The position numbers were made by a program, and so were the translations under genes. A model generated the notes under the pieces. The model worked only from the letters and a program-made list of their open reading frames with translations. It had not been told where the DNA came from and searched no databases. Below, piece after piece: positions 54,797-63,070 of a stretch of DNA of 64,000 nt. Source of the stretch: Sphingomicrobium sp. (lineage in GTDB: Bacteria; Pseudomonadota; Alphaproteobacteria; Sphingomonadales; Sphingomonadaceae); the NCBI GenBank assembly GCA_039929125.1, contig JBDSRV010000073.1, positions 16,639 to 80,638 on the forward strand, read 5' to 3'. Position 1 is the stretch's first letter; every line of letters begins with the position of its first letter.

Positions 54797-56246
54797 GCCA
54801 TTCCACTCCGTTGCGCCGGGTCAGCTCCGCGGCCGCCGCGGGCCCCCAGCTGCCGGCGGGATAAGGCAGCGGCGCCGCGCCGGTCTTGGCCCAGGCGGCG
54901 CGCACCCCGTCGATCCATTGCCATTGCGCCTCGACCTCGTCGCGCCGGACGAACAACGTCGGATCGCCCTCGATCAGGTCGAGCAGCAAGCGCTCATAGG
55001 CGATCCGCCGCCGATGATCGGCAAAGGCGTTGGCCAGCCCGATGTCGAGCGGCACTTCACGCAGCCGAATGCCGTCGCGATCGAGGCCGGGCGTCTTGGC
55101 CATCACCCGGAACTCGATATTCTCGTCCGGCTGGATCGAGATGATGAGCTTGTTCGGCGCGGTCTTGGCCCCGCGCTTGGCGAACATCGAATGCGGCACG
55201 CATTTGAACTGGATGTAGATCTCGGTCTGCCGCTCAGGCAGCCGTTTGCCGGTGCGCAGGTAGAAGGGCACGCCGGCCCAGCGCCAATTGTCGACCTCGG
55301 CCTTCAACGCCACGAACGTCTCGGTCGCCGACGGCTGGCCAAGCTCGGTGACGTAGGCGGGGACCTCGCCCTCCTCGGTCTTGCCGGCAGCATATTGCCC
55401 GGCGACATAATGGGTCGGGATCGCCTTGGCGGTCATCGGCTTCAACGATCGCAGCACCTTGACCTTCTCGTCGCGGATTTCGGTAGCGTCGAAGTCGGCC
55501 GGCGGCTCCATCGCCACCAGCGCGAGCAGTTGCAGCATGTGGTTCTGGACCATGTCGCGCAGCGCCCCGGCGCCGTCGTAGTAACCGGTGCGGCCTTCTA
55601 GCCCGACGGTCTCCGCCACGCTGATCTGGACATGGTCGATGTGCGACGCATTCCACAGCGGCTCGAACATCGAATTGGCGAAGCGCAAGGCGAGCAAATT
55701 CTGGACGGTTTCCTTGCCGAGATAATGGTCGATGCGGAACGTCCGCTCCTCGGGAAAGGCGGCGGCGACGGCGTCGTTAATCTCCCGGCTTGAGGCGAGG
55801 TCGCTGCCAAGGGGCTTTTCGAGCGCGAGGCGGACCTTGTCGCCGGTCAGGCCGGCCGACGTCAGCCCGGCGATGGTCGGTTCGAACAGCGATGGCGCGG
55901 TCGACAGGAAGATGGCGACGCCCTTCGCCGGGTTGATCTTGTCGGCCAATTTGGAAAAGCCCGCCGGCTGGGTCGCGTCGAGCGTGACGTAGCTCATCCG
56001 CTCGACGAACGCGGCGGCGACCTTCGCATCGAAGAAGTCGGCGGGGACGTGCTCGCCGAGCGCCTCGAGCGCGCTGGCGCGGTAGCCGGCGTCGTCGAAT
56101 TCGCTGCGCGCCGTCGCGACGATCTTGAGACCGTCAGGCAGCAGCCCGTCGGCGTGGAGCCCGTAGAGCGACGGCAGCAGCATGCGGTGGGCAAGGTCGC
56201 CGGTCGCGCCGAACAACAAAAGGGTCGAGACTTTTTCGCGGATCAT
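54789..56246 (-). CDS. zwf: Glucose-6-phosphate 1-dehydrogenase
   Basis: FGATGDLA, RIDHYLGKETVQN, MVQNH, GVPFYLRTGK, YERL. Confidence 0.96.
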   Translation of the reverse strand: MIREKVSTLLLFGATGDLAHRMLLPSLYGLHADGLLPDGLKIVATARSEFDDAGYRASALEALGEHVPADFFDAKVAAAFVERMSYVTLDATQPAGFSKLADKINPAKGVAIFLSTAPSLFEPTIAGLTSAGLTGDKVRLALEKPLGSDLASSREINDAVAAAFPEERTFRIDHYLGKETVQNLLALRFANSMFEPLWNASHIDHVQISVAETVGLEGRTGYYDGAGALRDMVQNHMLQLLALVAMEPPADFDATEIRDEKVKVLRSLKPMTAKAIPTHYVAGQYAAGKTEEGEVPAYVTELGQPSATETFVALKAEVDNWRWAGVPFYLRTGKRLPERQTEIYIQFKCVPHSMFAKRGAKTAPNKLIISIQPDENIEFRVMAKTPGLDRDGIRLREVPLDIGLANAFADHRRRIAYERLLLDLIEGDPTLFVRRDEVEAQWQWIDGVRAAWAKTGAAPLPYPAGSWGPAAAAELTRRNGVEWHD

Positions 56247-56312
56247 GGGCGCCCTCCTAGCGTGATGAAGCGCGCCGCGCGATGGCCCTGTGCGCCCAAT
56301 TTTCGGCACGGC

Positions 56313-57059
56313 TCAGCGCTCAAACTGCCCGACGTCGCTCTGGACGTAGCCGAACCAGGCGGCGATCGGCTTGCCGCTGGCGTCGGTCGCCGGGCGGAAG
56401 GCGGCGCGTTGCAGGACCAGCGAGCAGGTCCACTGATCGGTCATCGAATCGCCGAACGAGCGCATCACGTCGCACTGGCTGATCCGCCCGTCGGGCTGGA
56501 CTCGGACGCGCACGAAGACGCGCCCGCCGCGCGGCCAATTATGCTGGATCGCGGGCGGATAGTCGCGGTTGGTGATGCCGCGGATCAGCCTGACGCCGGT
56601 TCCACCGCTTCCTCCACCCCCGCTGCCGTTGCCCGAGCCGCCGCTGCCGGTGCCCGTCCCCGCGCCGCCCGCCCCGGTGCCGGGCCCGACGACGTTCGAC
56701 GCGCCCTGGGTCGGCTTCGTGCCGGTGTTGGGGGTCGGCGAGGTGACGATCTTGGGCGGAGTCGGCACGATCCCCCGCGGCTTGGGCCGCATCACCGGGG
56801 TCGCCTTGCTTTCCAGATTCTTGGCCGAAGCGGCGCCCTCCTCCTTCTTCGGCTTCGCCTTCTGCTCCTTGACGACCTCCACCACTGGCGGCGGCGGCGG
56901 GGGCACGGTGATGTCGAAGATCTGAAGGTTGGATTGTGGCGGCGTCAGGTGGAGATTGCCGCTCAGGTTGAGCAAGGCAAGGCCGAGCCCGACGTGGATC
57001 AGGATCACGACAAGGATGGTCGCGGCGCGGTCGCGCGGGCGGATGGCGGGGCGGTACAT
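56313..57059 (-). CDS. tonB: TonB-family energy transducer
   Basis: N-terminal TM with His, Pro/Lys-rich then Gly-rich linker, C-terminal DYP...GRVFVRVRV...FRPA domain. Confidence 0.85.
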   Translation of the reverse strand: MYRPAIRPRDRAATILVVILIHVGLGLALLNLSGNLHLTPPQSNLQIFDITVPPPPPPVVEVVKEQKAKPKKEEGAASAKNLESKATPVMRPKPRGIVPTPPKIVTSPTPNTGTKPTQGASNVVGPGTGAGGAGTGTGSGGSGNGSGGGGSGGTGVRLIRGITNRDYPPAIQHNWPRGGRVFVRVRVQPDGRISQCDVMRSFGDSMTDQWTCSLVLQRAAFRPATDASGKPIAAWFGYVQSDVGQFER

Positions 57060-57069
57060 CGGCCAAGTG

Positions 57070-57096
57070 AACGCTGTTTGGCGTCCCGAAGTTTCC
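57070..57096 (-). promoter_or_regulatory. Possible EcfG-type promoter of tonB
   Basis: GGAAAC-N17-CGTT ending 10 nt before the ATG. Confidence 0.35.
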
Positions 57097-57267
57097 TCGC
57101 CGGAACGAGTTTGACCGGCGAGGATGCCGAGTCGTTTCGGGCAGCACGTCCGCGCACCCCTTGCCATCATCAGGAAATGCGGGGGAAAAGTGGTTAATTT
57201 CGTGTTTAATTTGACTTATATTAAAAATATAGCGAATTTAACGGGCTTCATAGGTGGGGAATTCGAC

Positions 57268-58827
57268 ATGGAAGCTACAGCCTCGAATCAGCGTCGTTAT
57301 CTTGCGTCCGCGGCAATCGTGCTTGCCGTTGCAGCCGGAGCGTACACTATCGGCCGCGTCTATCCGCCGCTCGGGCCGTCCGCAGGGACGATTGCCCCGG
57401 CCGACCGCTACGTCGAGGCGCAGATCGGTGCCGATGATGTCAACCTTGGCGACACGTCGATCCCGCAGCTGATGCAGACCGACGCGTTCGAAGTCATTTC
57501 GAAGAACCCTGATTTCCGCAACATGGCCAATGACCCGGGCTTCTCCGCGCTGTTGGCCAACGGACCGGCGATGGCCGCCATTGCCGCCAACCCCGGTGCA
57601 TTCAGCGCCATCTCAAGGGATCCCAAGGCGTTCGCCGAAATGGCCAGCGTCGCGGCGCTCGCCAAGGCGCGAATGGTCGACATGCAGGCCCAGACCGGGG
57701 CCATGGCATCGGTTATCGCGACCCACGCACAGACCTTCTCCTACATGGCCGACAAGCATCCGCAGGCACTCGCTTCGATGATGGCCAATGCGGCGCAGCT
57801 CGGGGTGATCGCCAAGGATCCCAAAGCCCTCGACACGGGTGCGCTGGCCAGTGCCATCTCCCGCGGCCCGGGCGGCCCACAGGCTGCGCAGCAGCTGATG
57901 GCCGACGCCAACGCTATGCAGCGGCTCAAGGCCGATACCGGGATGCTGGCGTCAATGGCCGACCATGCCGCCGCGTTTAAAGGGATTGCAGGCAATGCTC
58001 AGCTGATGGCCGCGGCTGTCAAGCAAGGTGAAGCAATGAGCCGCATCGGCGTCAGCGGTCAGGCCATGGGCGACCTTGCGTCGCTGATGTCGACCCATGC
58101 CGCCGCACTGAATGCGCTTGGGACCGAGCCCAAGGCGCTGGCCTCAATCGCCCAGCACGCCGCTTTCTACAAAGCGATGACTGAGCACGCCGCGGCGAGC
58201 CAGGCGTTGCTGGCCACCGGCATGGCTGTGAAATGGGCGCGCGATCCGGGCGCCTTCGCCACGAATGCGGCGAACATCCCGCAAATGGCCGCGCATGCCG
58301 CCGACCTCAAGGCGATGGCCGCCGACGCGAGGCTGCAAGCGGCGATGCGATCCGACACCGGCGCCCTCGCGTCGATGGCGGCCAGTGCCCAGTCGCTTCA
58401 AGCGATCGCCAGCAACGCGGCGCTGTTCAATACCGGGATGAGCCAGCGGGCCCTGGCTTCGATTGCGGCCAATTCGTCGATGCGCGTGGTCGGCGCTCGG
58501 CCGATGGACCTGGCAATGGCGGCCCGCGCGGCGATGTCGCTCAACGCCATCTCCAGCGCTGCCAGTCTCGCCGCGAATAGCCAGATCAGCGCCGCTGCGG
58601 CGTCGAAGATCGCGGTCAATTCGCAGGCCTTCGCGCAAATGGCGAATTCGCCCGGCGCGTTCGCCAAGCTTGCGAGCAACGGCTCTGCCATGGCCTCGCT
58701 CGCCGCGAATACCGGGATGATGGCCCGTCTGGCCTCGATCAACGGCGCGATGGCGATGATGAGCAACCCGGCGCTGGCACAGGCGATGCAGCAGATGGCC
58801 GTCACCGGGATACGTTCGCGCGAGTAG
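57268..58827 (+). CDS. Ala/Met-rich decapeptide-repeat protein with N-terminal membrane/signal segment (519 aa)
   Basis: RRYLASAAIVLAVAAGAY segment; ~10-residue periodic repeats; no family recognised. Confidence 0.85.
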   Translation: MEATASNQRRYLASAAIVLAVAAGAYTIGRVYPPLGPSAGTIAPADRYVEAQIGADDVNLGDTSIPQLMQTDAFEVISKNPDFRNMANDPGFSALLANGPAMAAIAANPGAFSAISRDPKAFAEMASVAALAKARMVDMQAQTGAMASVIATHAQTFSYMADKHPQALASMMANAAQLGVIAKDPKALDTGALASAISRGPGGPQAAQQLMADANAMQRLKADTGMLASMADHAAAFKGIAGNAQLMAAAVKQGEAMSRIGVSGQAMGDLASLMSTHAAALNALGTEPKALASIAQHAAFYKAMTEHAAASQALLATGMAVKWARDPGAFATNAANIPQMAAHAADLKAMAADARLQAAMRSDTGALASMAASAQSLQAIASNAALFNTGMSQRALASIAANSSMRVVGARPMDLAMAARAAMSLNAISSAASLAANSQISAAAASKIAVNSQAFAQMANSPGAFAKLASNGSAMASLAANTGMMARLASINGAMAMMSNPALAQAMQQMAVTGIRSRE

Positions 58828-58836
58828 TCGGTAATG

Positions 58837-58858
58837 GGGGCCGCGTCCGCGCGGCCCC
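58837..58858 (+). terminator. Intra-operon hairpin (weak terminator or RNA stabiliser)
   Basis: GGGGCCGCG-TCCG-CGCGGCCCC perfect 9-bp stem followed only by TTAAG. Confidence 0.55.
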
Positions 58859-58875
58859 TTAAGCTTGGGGGGCTG

Positions 58876-61800
58876 ATGAGGAAACCAGTTGTTCGCGGCC
58901 ACGCCGCGACGGCCTGTGCGTTGGGACTCCTGCTTGGCGGCACGTCCAGCCTTGCCTGTGCGCAGACCCAGCCTGCACCGCCGCCGCCCAACCCTTCGAC
59001 CACGATCAGCGAACCGACGCCGGCCCCGGACGAGACGCCGCCCGCGACCACGCCAAATTCCGAGCGCAAGCTGCCCGAACACGTCCCGCAGGACGCGTCG
59101 GGGATCGACCTGTCGACGCTCGAGACCAACGATTTCAAATTGCTCTATTTCGACCCGGTGCAGACCTATCTGACGCCCTATGTCGCCCGGGCGCTGACCA
59201 ATTCGCTGCGGTTTCACGAGGAAAAATTCCATTGGAAGCAGTGGGATCGCTCGACCATCCTGCTCAAGGACTTCGGCGACTATGGCAACGCCGGCGCGCG
59301 CTCGTCGCCCAACAACGCCGTGCTGCTCGACGTCGCGCCGCTCAGCCAGACAATGGAGACGTTCAGCCCGGGCGAACGTTTCTTCACGCTGTCGAACCAC
59401 GAGCTGGCACACGTCGCGACGATGGACGTGTGGAACAACACCGACGCCTTCTGGCGCAGGCTGTTCGCCGGCAAGGTGCAGCCGATCCAGGAACATCCCG
59501 AATCGATCCTCTACAACTTCCTCGTCACCCCGCGGGTCAACGCCCCGCGCTGGCAGCTGGAGGGCACGGCCGTGTTCTTCGAGACGTGGATGGCCGGCGG
59601 GCTCGGACGCGCCCAGGGCGGCTATGACGAGATGGTGTTCCGGGCGATGGTCCGCGACCACGCCAAATTCTACTCGCCGCTGGGCCTCGAATCCGAAGGC
59701 ACGGCGATCGACTTCCAGGTCGGCGTCAACGACTATCTCTATGGCACCCGGTTCGTGTCGTACCTGGCGCTCAAATATGGCCCGGACAAGGTCCTCCAGT
59801 GGCTCCGCCGCGACGAGGATAGTGCCGGCTATTACGCCAGCCAGTTCCACCGCGTGTTCGGGCAGAAGCTCGACCGCAGCTGGGCCGACTGGATCGGCTT
59901 CGAGCACGAGTTCCAGGCGAAGAACCTCGCCGCTTTGAGCCAATATCCGCTGACCGAGGTCCAGCACCTCACCCCACGTGGCCTCGGCTCAGTGTCGCGA
60001 ACCTATTACGACGCCAAGACCAACAGCCTGGTCGGCGCCTTCAAATATCCCGGCGTGATCGCTTATGTCGGCACGCTGTCGCTGGCCGACGGCAAGCTCC
60101 ATCACCTTGCCGACCTCAAGGGTTCGATGCTCTACCGGGTCACCAGCATCGCCTTCGATCCCGACGCGCGCACTGCTTATTACACCGAGGACAACCACGC
60201 CTTCCGCGACCTCGTTGCCCTGAACATCGACACCGGCAAGAAACGCCGCCTGCTGACCGATGCGCGCATCGGCGACCTGGTCATCAACCCGCGCGACAAG
60301 TCGATCTGGGGCATCCGCCACCAGAACGGCTATGCCACCATCGTCCGTATCCCGGCGCCCTATGCCGGGTTCAACCAGATCAATACGTTCGACTATGGCC
60401 AGATCCCGTTCGACCTCGACATTTCGGCCGACGGGTCGATGGTCTCCGCGTCGTTCGGCGAGGTTGACGGCAAGCAATCGGTCCGGGTGTGGCGCGCCGA
60501 TCAGTTCGAGCAAGGCGGCGGGCCCAACGAAATCGCCCGCCTCGACATGCCGCCGTCGACTCCGGAGGGGTTCGTCTTCGCGCCCGACGGCAAGTCGCTG
60601 GTCGGCACCAGCTACTACACCGGCGTGTCCAACGTCTTCCGCTTCGATATCGCCAGCGGGAAATATGAAGCGCTGACCAATGCCTCGACCGGCTTTTTCC
60701 ACCCGATGGTGTGCCCCGACGGCAGCCTGTTCGTCCAGGAATTCACCGGCGAGGGGCTGACGCCGTCGATCATCAAGCCGCAGGTGCGCGAGGATCTAGG
60801 CACCGTCAGCTTCCTCGGCACGCAGGTCATCCACGCCCATCCGGAACTCAAGAGCTGGGGGGTGGGATCGCCGGCCAAGATCGACCTTGAGCCGCTGATC
60901 ACCGCGCGCAGCCACTACAAACCCGGCAAGGAGATGAAGCTGGCCGCCGCCTTCCCGATCGTCGAAGGCTATCTCGGCCGCCCGACGTTCGGCTATTATT
61001 TCCACTTCGAAGACCCGCTGCAATTCCGCCAGCTGAGCGGGTCGTTCAGCGCGTCCCCGTTTGGCCACGGCCGTCTCAGCGACCGGCTCCACGCCGACGT
61101 CGAGTATAAGACGCTCGACTGGAAATTCCGCTATTGGCACAACGACGCCGACATTTACGACCTCGCCGGGCCGATCAAGCGCAGCCGCAAGGGCGACGCG
61201 GTCATCGCCAGCTACAACAAGACCAAGATTTACGATCCCCCGCGCCAGCTCGACGTGTTCGGCAGCGTCGCCGGCTATTTCGGCCTCGAGCAGCTGCCCG
61301 CGGCGCAAAACATCCTCAGCCCGAAGAATATCTTCTCTTCCGAGTTCGGCACCCGTTATACCAACACCGTCAAGTCGCTCGGCGGCGTCGACCATGAGAA
61401 GGGGTTTGCCGCGCGGCTTATCGGCGGGCTCGACTGGGCAGATCGCCATGCCTTCCCGCACCTTTCGGGCGGGGTCGATTATGGCATCCCGCTGCCGATC
61501 GCCAACAGTTCGGCGTGGATTTACGCGCACGGCGGCATCGTCGGCGGCGACCGCAGCAGCCCGCTCGGCGCCTTCTACTTCGGGTCGTTCCGCAACAACT
61601 ATGTCGATAACCGGCCGGAGAAACGCTACCGCGAGCTCGAAAGCTTCCCCGGTTTCGACATCGACCAGATCGTCTCGCGCAAGTTCGCCAAGGTCACCGG
61701 CGAAATCAATTTGCCGCCACTGCGCTTCGCCGAAATTGGCACGCCGGCCTTTTACCTGAGCTATGCGCGCCCGGCCTTGTTCGCCGGGACGATGCTGACC

Positions 61801-61974
61801 CAGTCGCCCGGCCGGCGCAATTACCGCCTGTCCAATATCGGCGCGCAGGTCGACCTGGCGTTCACCGTGGCGCTGCGTCTGCCGATGATCTTCTCATTCG
61901 GGATTGCCAAAGGCTTTGGCGACAAGGATATCGATGGCAACACCGAATTCCTCACGTCGCTCAAAATCATGTAG
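58876..61974 (+). CDS. Outer-membrane protein: zincin-like peptidase + TolB/PD40-like beta-propeller + C-terminal beta-barrel
   Basis: Signal peptide, HELAH plus WQLEGTA, repeated SADG/APDG/CPDG blades, alternating-pattern C-terminal strands. Confidence 0.75.
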   Translation: MRKPVVRGHAATACALGLLLGGTSSLACAQTQPAPPPPNPSTTISEPTPAPDETPPATTPNSERKLPEHVPQDASGIDLSTLETNDFKLLYFDPVQTYLTPYVARALTNSLRFHEEKFHWKQWDRSTILLKDFGDYGNAGARSSPNNAVLLDVAPLSQTMETFSPGERFFTLSNHELAHVATMDVWNNTDAFWRRLFAGKVQPIQEHPESILYNFLVTPRVNAPRWQLEGTAVFFETWMAGGLGRAQGGYDEMVFRAMVRDHAKFYSPLGLESEGTAIDFQVGVNDYLYGTRFVSYLALKYGPDKVLQWLRRDEDSAGYYASQFHRVFGQKLDRSWADWIGFEHEFQAKNLAALSQYPLTEVQHLTPRGLGSVSRTYYDAKTNSLVGAFKYPGVIAYVGTLSLADGKLHHLADLKGSMLYRVTSIAFDPDARTAYYTEDNHAFRDLVALNIDTGKKRRLLTDARIGDLVINPRDKSIWGIRHQNGYATIVRIPAPYAGFNQINTFDYGQIPFDLDISADGSMVSASFGEVDGKQSVRVWRADQFEQGGGPNEIARLDMPPSTPEGFVFAPDGKSLVGTSYYTGVSNVFRFDIASGKYEALTNASTGFFHPMVCPDGSLFVQEFTGEGLTPSIIKPQVREDLGTVSFLGTQVIHAHPELKSWGVGSPAKIDLEPLITARSHYKPGKEMKLAAAFPIVEGYLGRPTFGYYFHFEDPLQFRQLSGSFSASPFGHGRLSDRLHADVEYKTLDWKFRYWHNDADIYDLAGPIKRSRKGDAVIASYNKTKIYDPPRQLDVFGSVAGYFGLEQLPAAQNILSPKNIFSSEFGTRYTNTVKSLGGVDHEKGFAARLIGGLDWADRHAFPHLSGGVDYGIPLPIANSSAWIYAHGGIVGGDRSSPLGAFYFGSFRNNYVDNRPEKRYRELESFPGFDIDQIVSRKFAKVTGEINLPPLRFAEIGTPAFYLSYARPALFAGTMLTQSPGRRNYRLSNIGAQVDLAFTVALRLPMIFSFGIAKGFGDKDIDGNTEFLTSLKIM

Positions 61975-61983
61975 GCAGACGCT

Positions 61984-63024
61984 ATGGCAGTGGCTGAAAT
62001 CCTGAACTGGTCGATCGCGCTCGTCCCGGTGCTGGCAATGGTCGCGTTGTTCGTGTGGCTCGACATCTTCAAGCTGATGAGCCTGAGCGAGCTGCTCGTC
62101 CTGCTGCTCGCGGGTGGCGTCGTCGCCATCATCGCCTACCCCATCAGCGGCCAGCTGATCGACGTCCTGCCGCTCGGCTTTTCCTATTACAGCCGGTTCA
62201 TTGCGCCGTGGATCGAGGAGTCGCTCAAGGCGCTGGCGGTGATCAGCCTCTTCTACTTCAACCGCATCGGCTACAAGCTCGACGCGGTGATCTCCGGCTT
62301 CGCTATCGGCGCCGGCTTCTCGGTGGTCGAAAATATCCTCTATCTGATGCGCTTTCCCGACCTCGCGCCGACGGTGTGGATGGTGCGTGGCCTTGGCACG
62401 GCGTTGATGCACGGCGCGACCTGCGCGACGCTCGCCGCCATCGCCCACGAGCTTGCCGAGCGCGAGAATCGCGAAGCGGCGTCGGACTTCAACTTCAACC
62501 CCTTGTGGGTCGTCCCCGGGCTGATCGTCGCGGCCGCGATCCACACCTTGTTCAACCAGTTCCCCGACCAGCCGATGACCGCCATGCTCGGCGCCCTGGT
62601 CGGCACGCCGTTGCTGTTGATGGGGATCTTCCAGTTCGGGTCGACCGAGGCACGCGGCTGGTTGCTTGAGGAAAGCGCCGACCACCGCGCCGCGCTTGAC
62701 GCGCTCGAAGCCGGGCGCTTCCCCGATACAGCCAGCGGGCGCCGTATCGCGGCGCTGGCCGACCGCGTCGGCGGTGCCCAGGCCGAGCGCATCCGCGACT
62801 ATCTGACCACCGCCATGCGGCTGACCGTCGCCGCGGAGGAGAAACTGCTCGGCAAGCCGGTGCCGCCCAAGGACGAGCTTGAGGCCGCCTTCACCCACCT
62901 CGAGCAGTCGCGCGAGGCGATCGGTCGCACGGGTTTCTCGGCGCTCGAGCCGCTGCTGCCCTTCAGCCGCAACGATTTGTGGGAAGTGAAGGAGCTGCGC
63001 GAGGACTTGCGCAAGGACGGTTAG
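61984..63024 (+). CDS. prsW: PrsW family intramembrane metalloprotease
   Basis: APWIEESLK, GAGFSVVEN, LMHG, IHTLFN motifs; multiple TM helices. Confidence 0.85.
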   Translation: MAVAEILNWSIALVPVLAMVALFVWLDIFKLMSLSELLVLLLAGGVVAIIAYPISGQLIDVLPLGFSYYSRFIAPWIEESLKALAVISLFYFNRIGYKLDAVISGFAIGAGFSVVENILYLMRFPDLAPTVWMVRGLGTALMHGATCATLAAIAHELAERENREAASDFNFNPLWVVPGLIVAAAIHTLFNQFPDQPMTAMLGALVGTPLLLMGIFQFGSTEARGWLLEESADHRAALDALEAGRFPDTASGRRIAALADRVGGAQAERIRDYLTTAMRLTVAAEEKLLGKPVPPKDELEAAFTHLEQSREAIGRTGFSALEPLLPFSRNDLWEVKELREDLRKDG

Positions 63025-63070
63025 CCGCGCATTTGAGCCGCCAACGACCCGTCACGGAAAGGCAAGCGCG

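Noticed and set aside
57194-57241. CtrA boxes (TTAA-N7-TTAA) in the AT-rich region
   Set aside because: Spacings between TTAA words are 8, 11 and 13, not 7.
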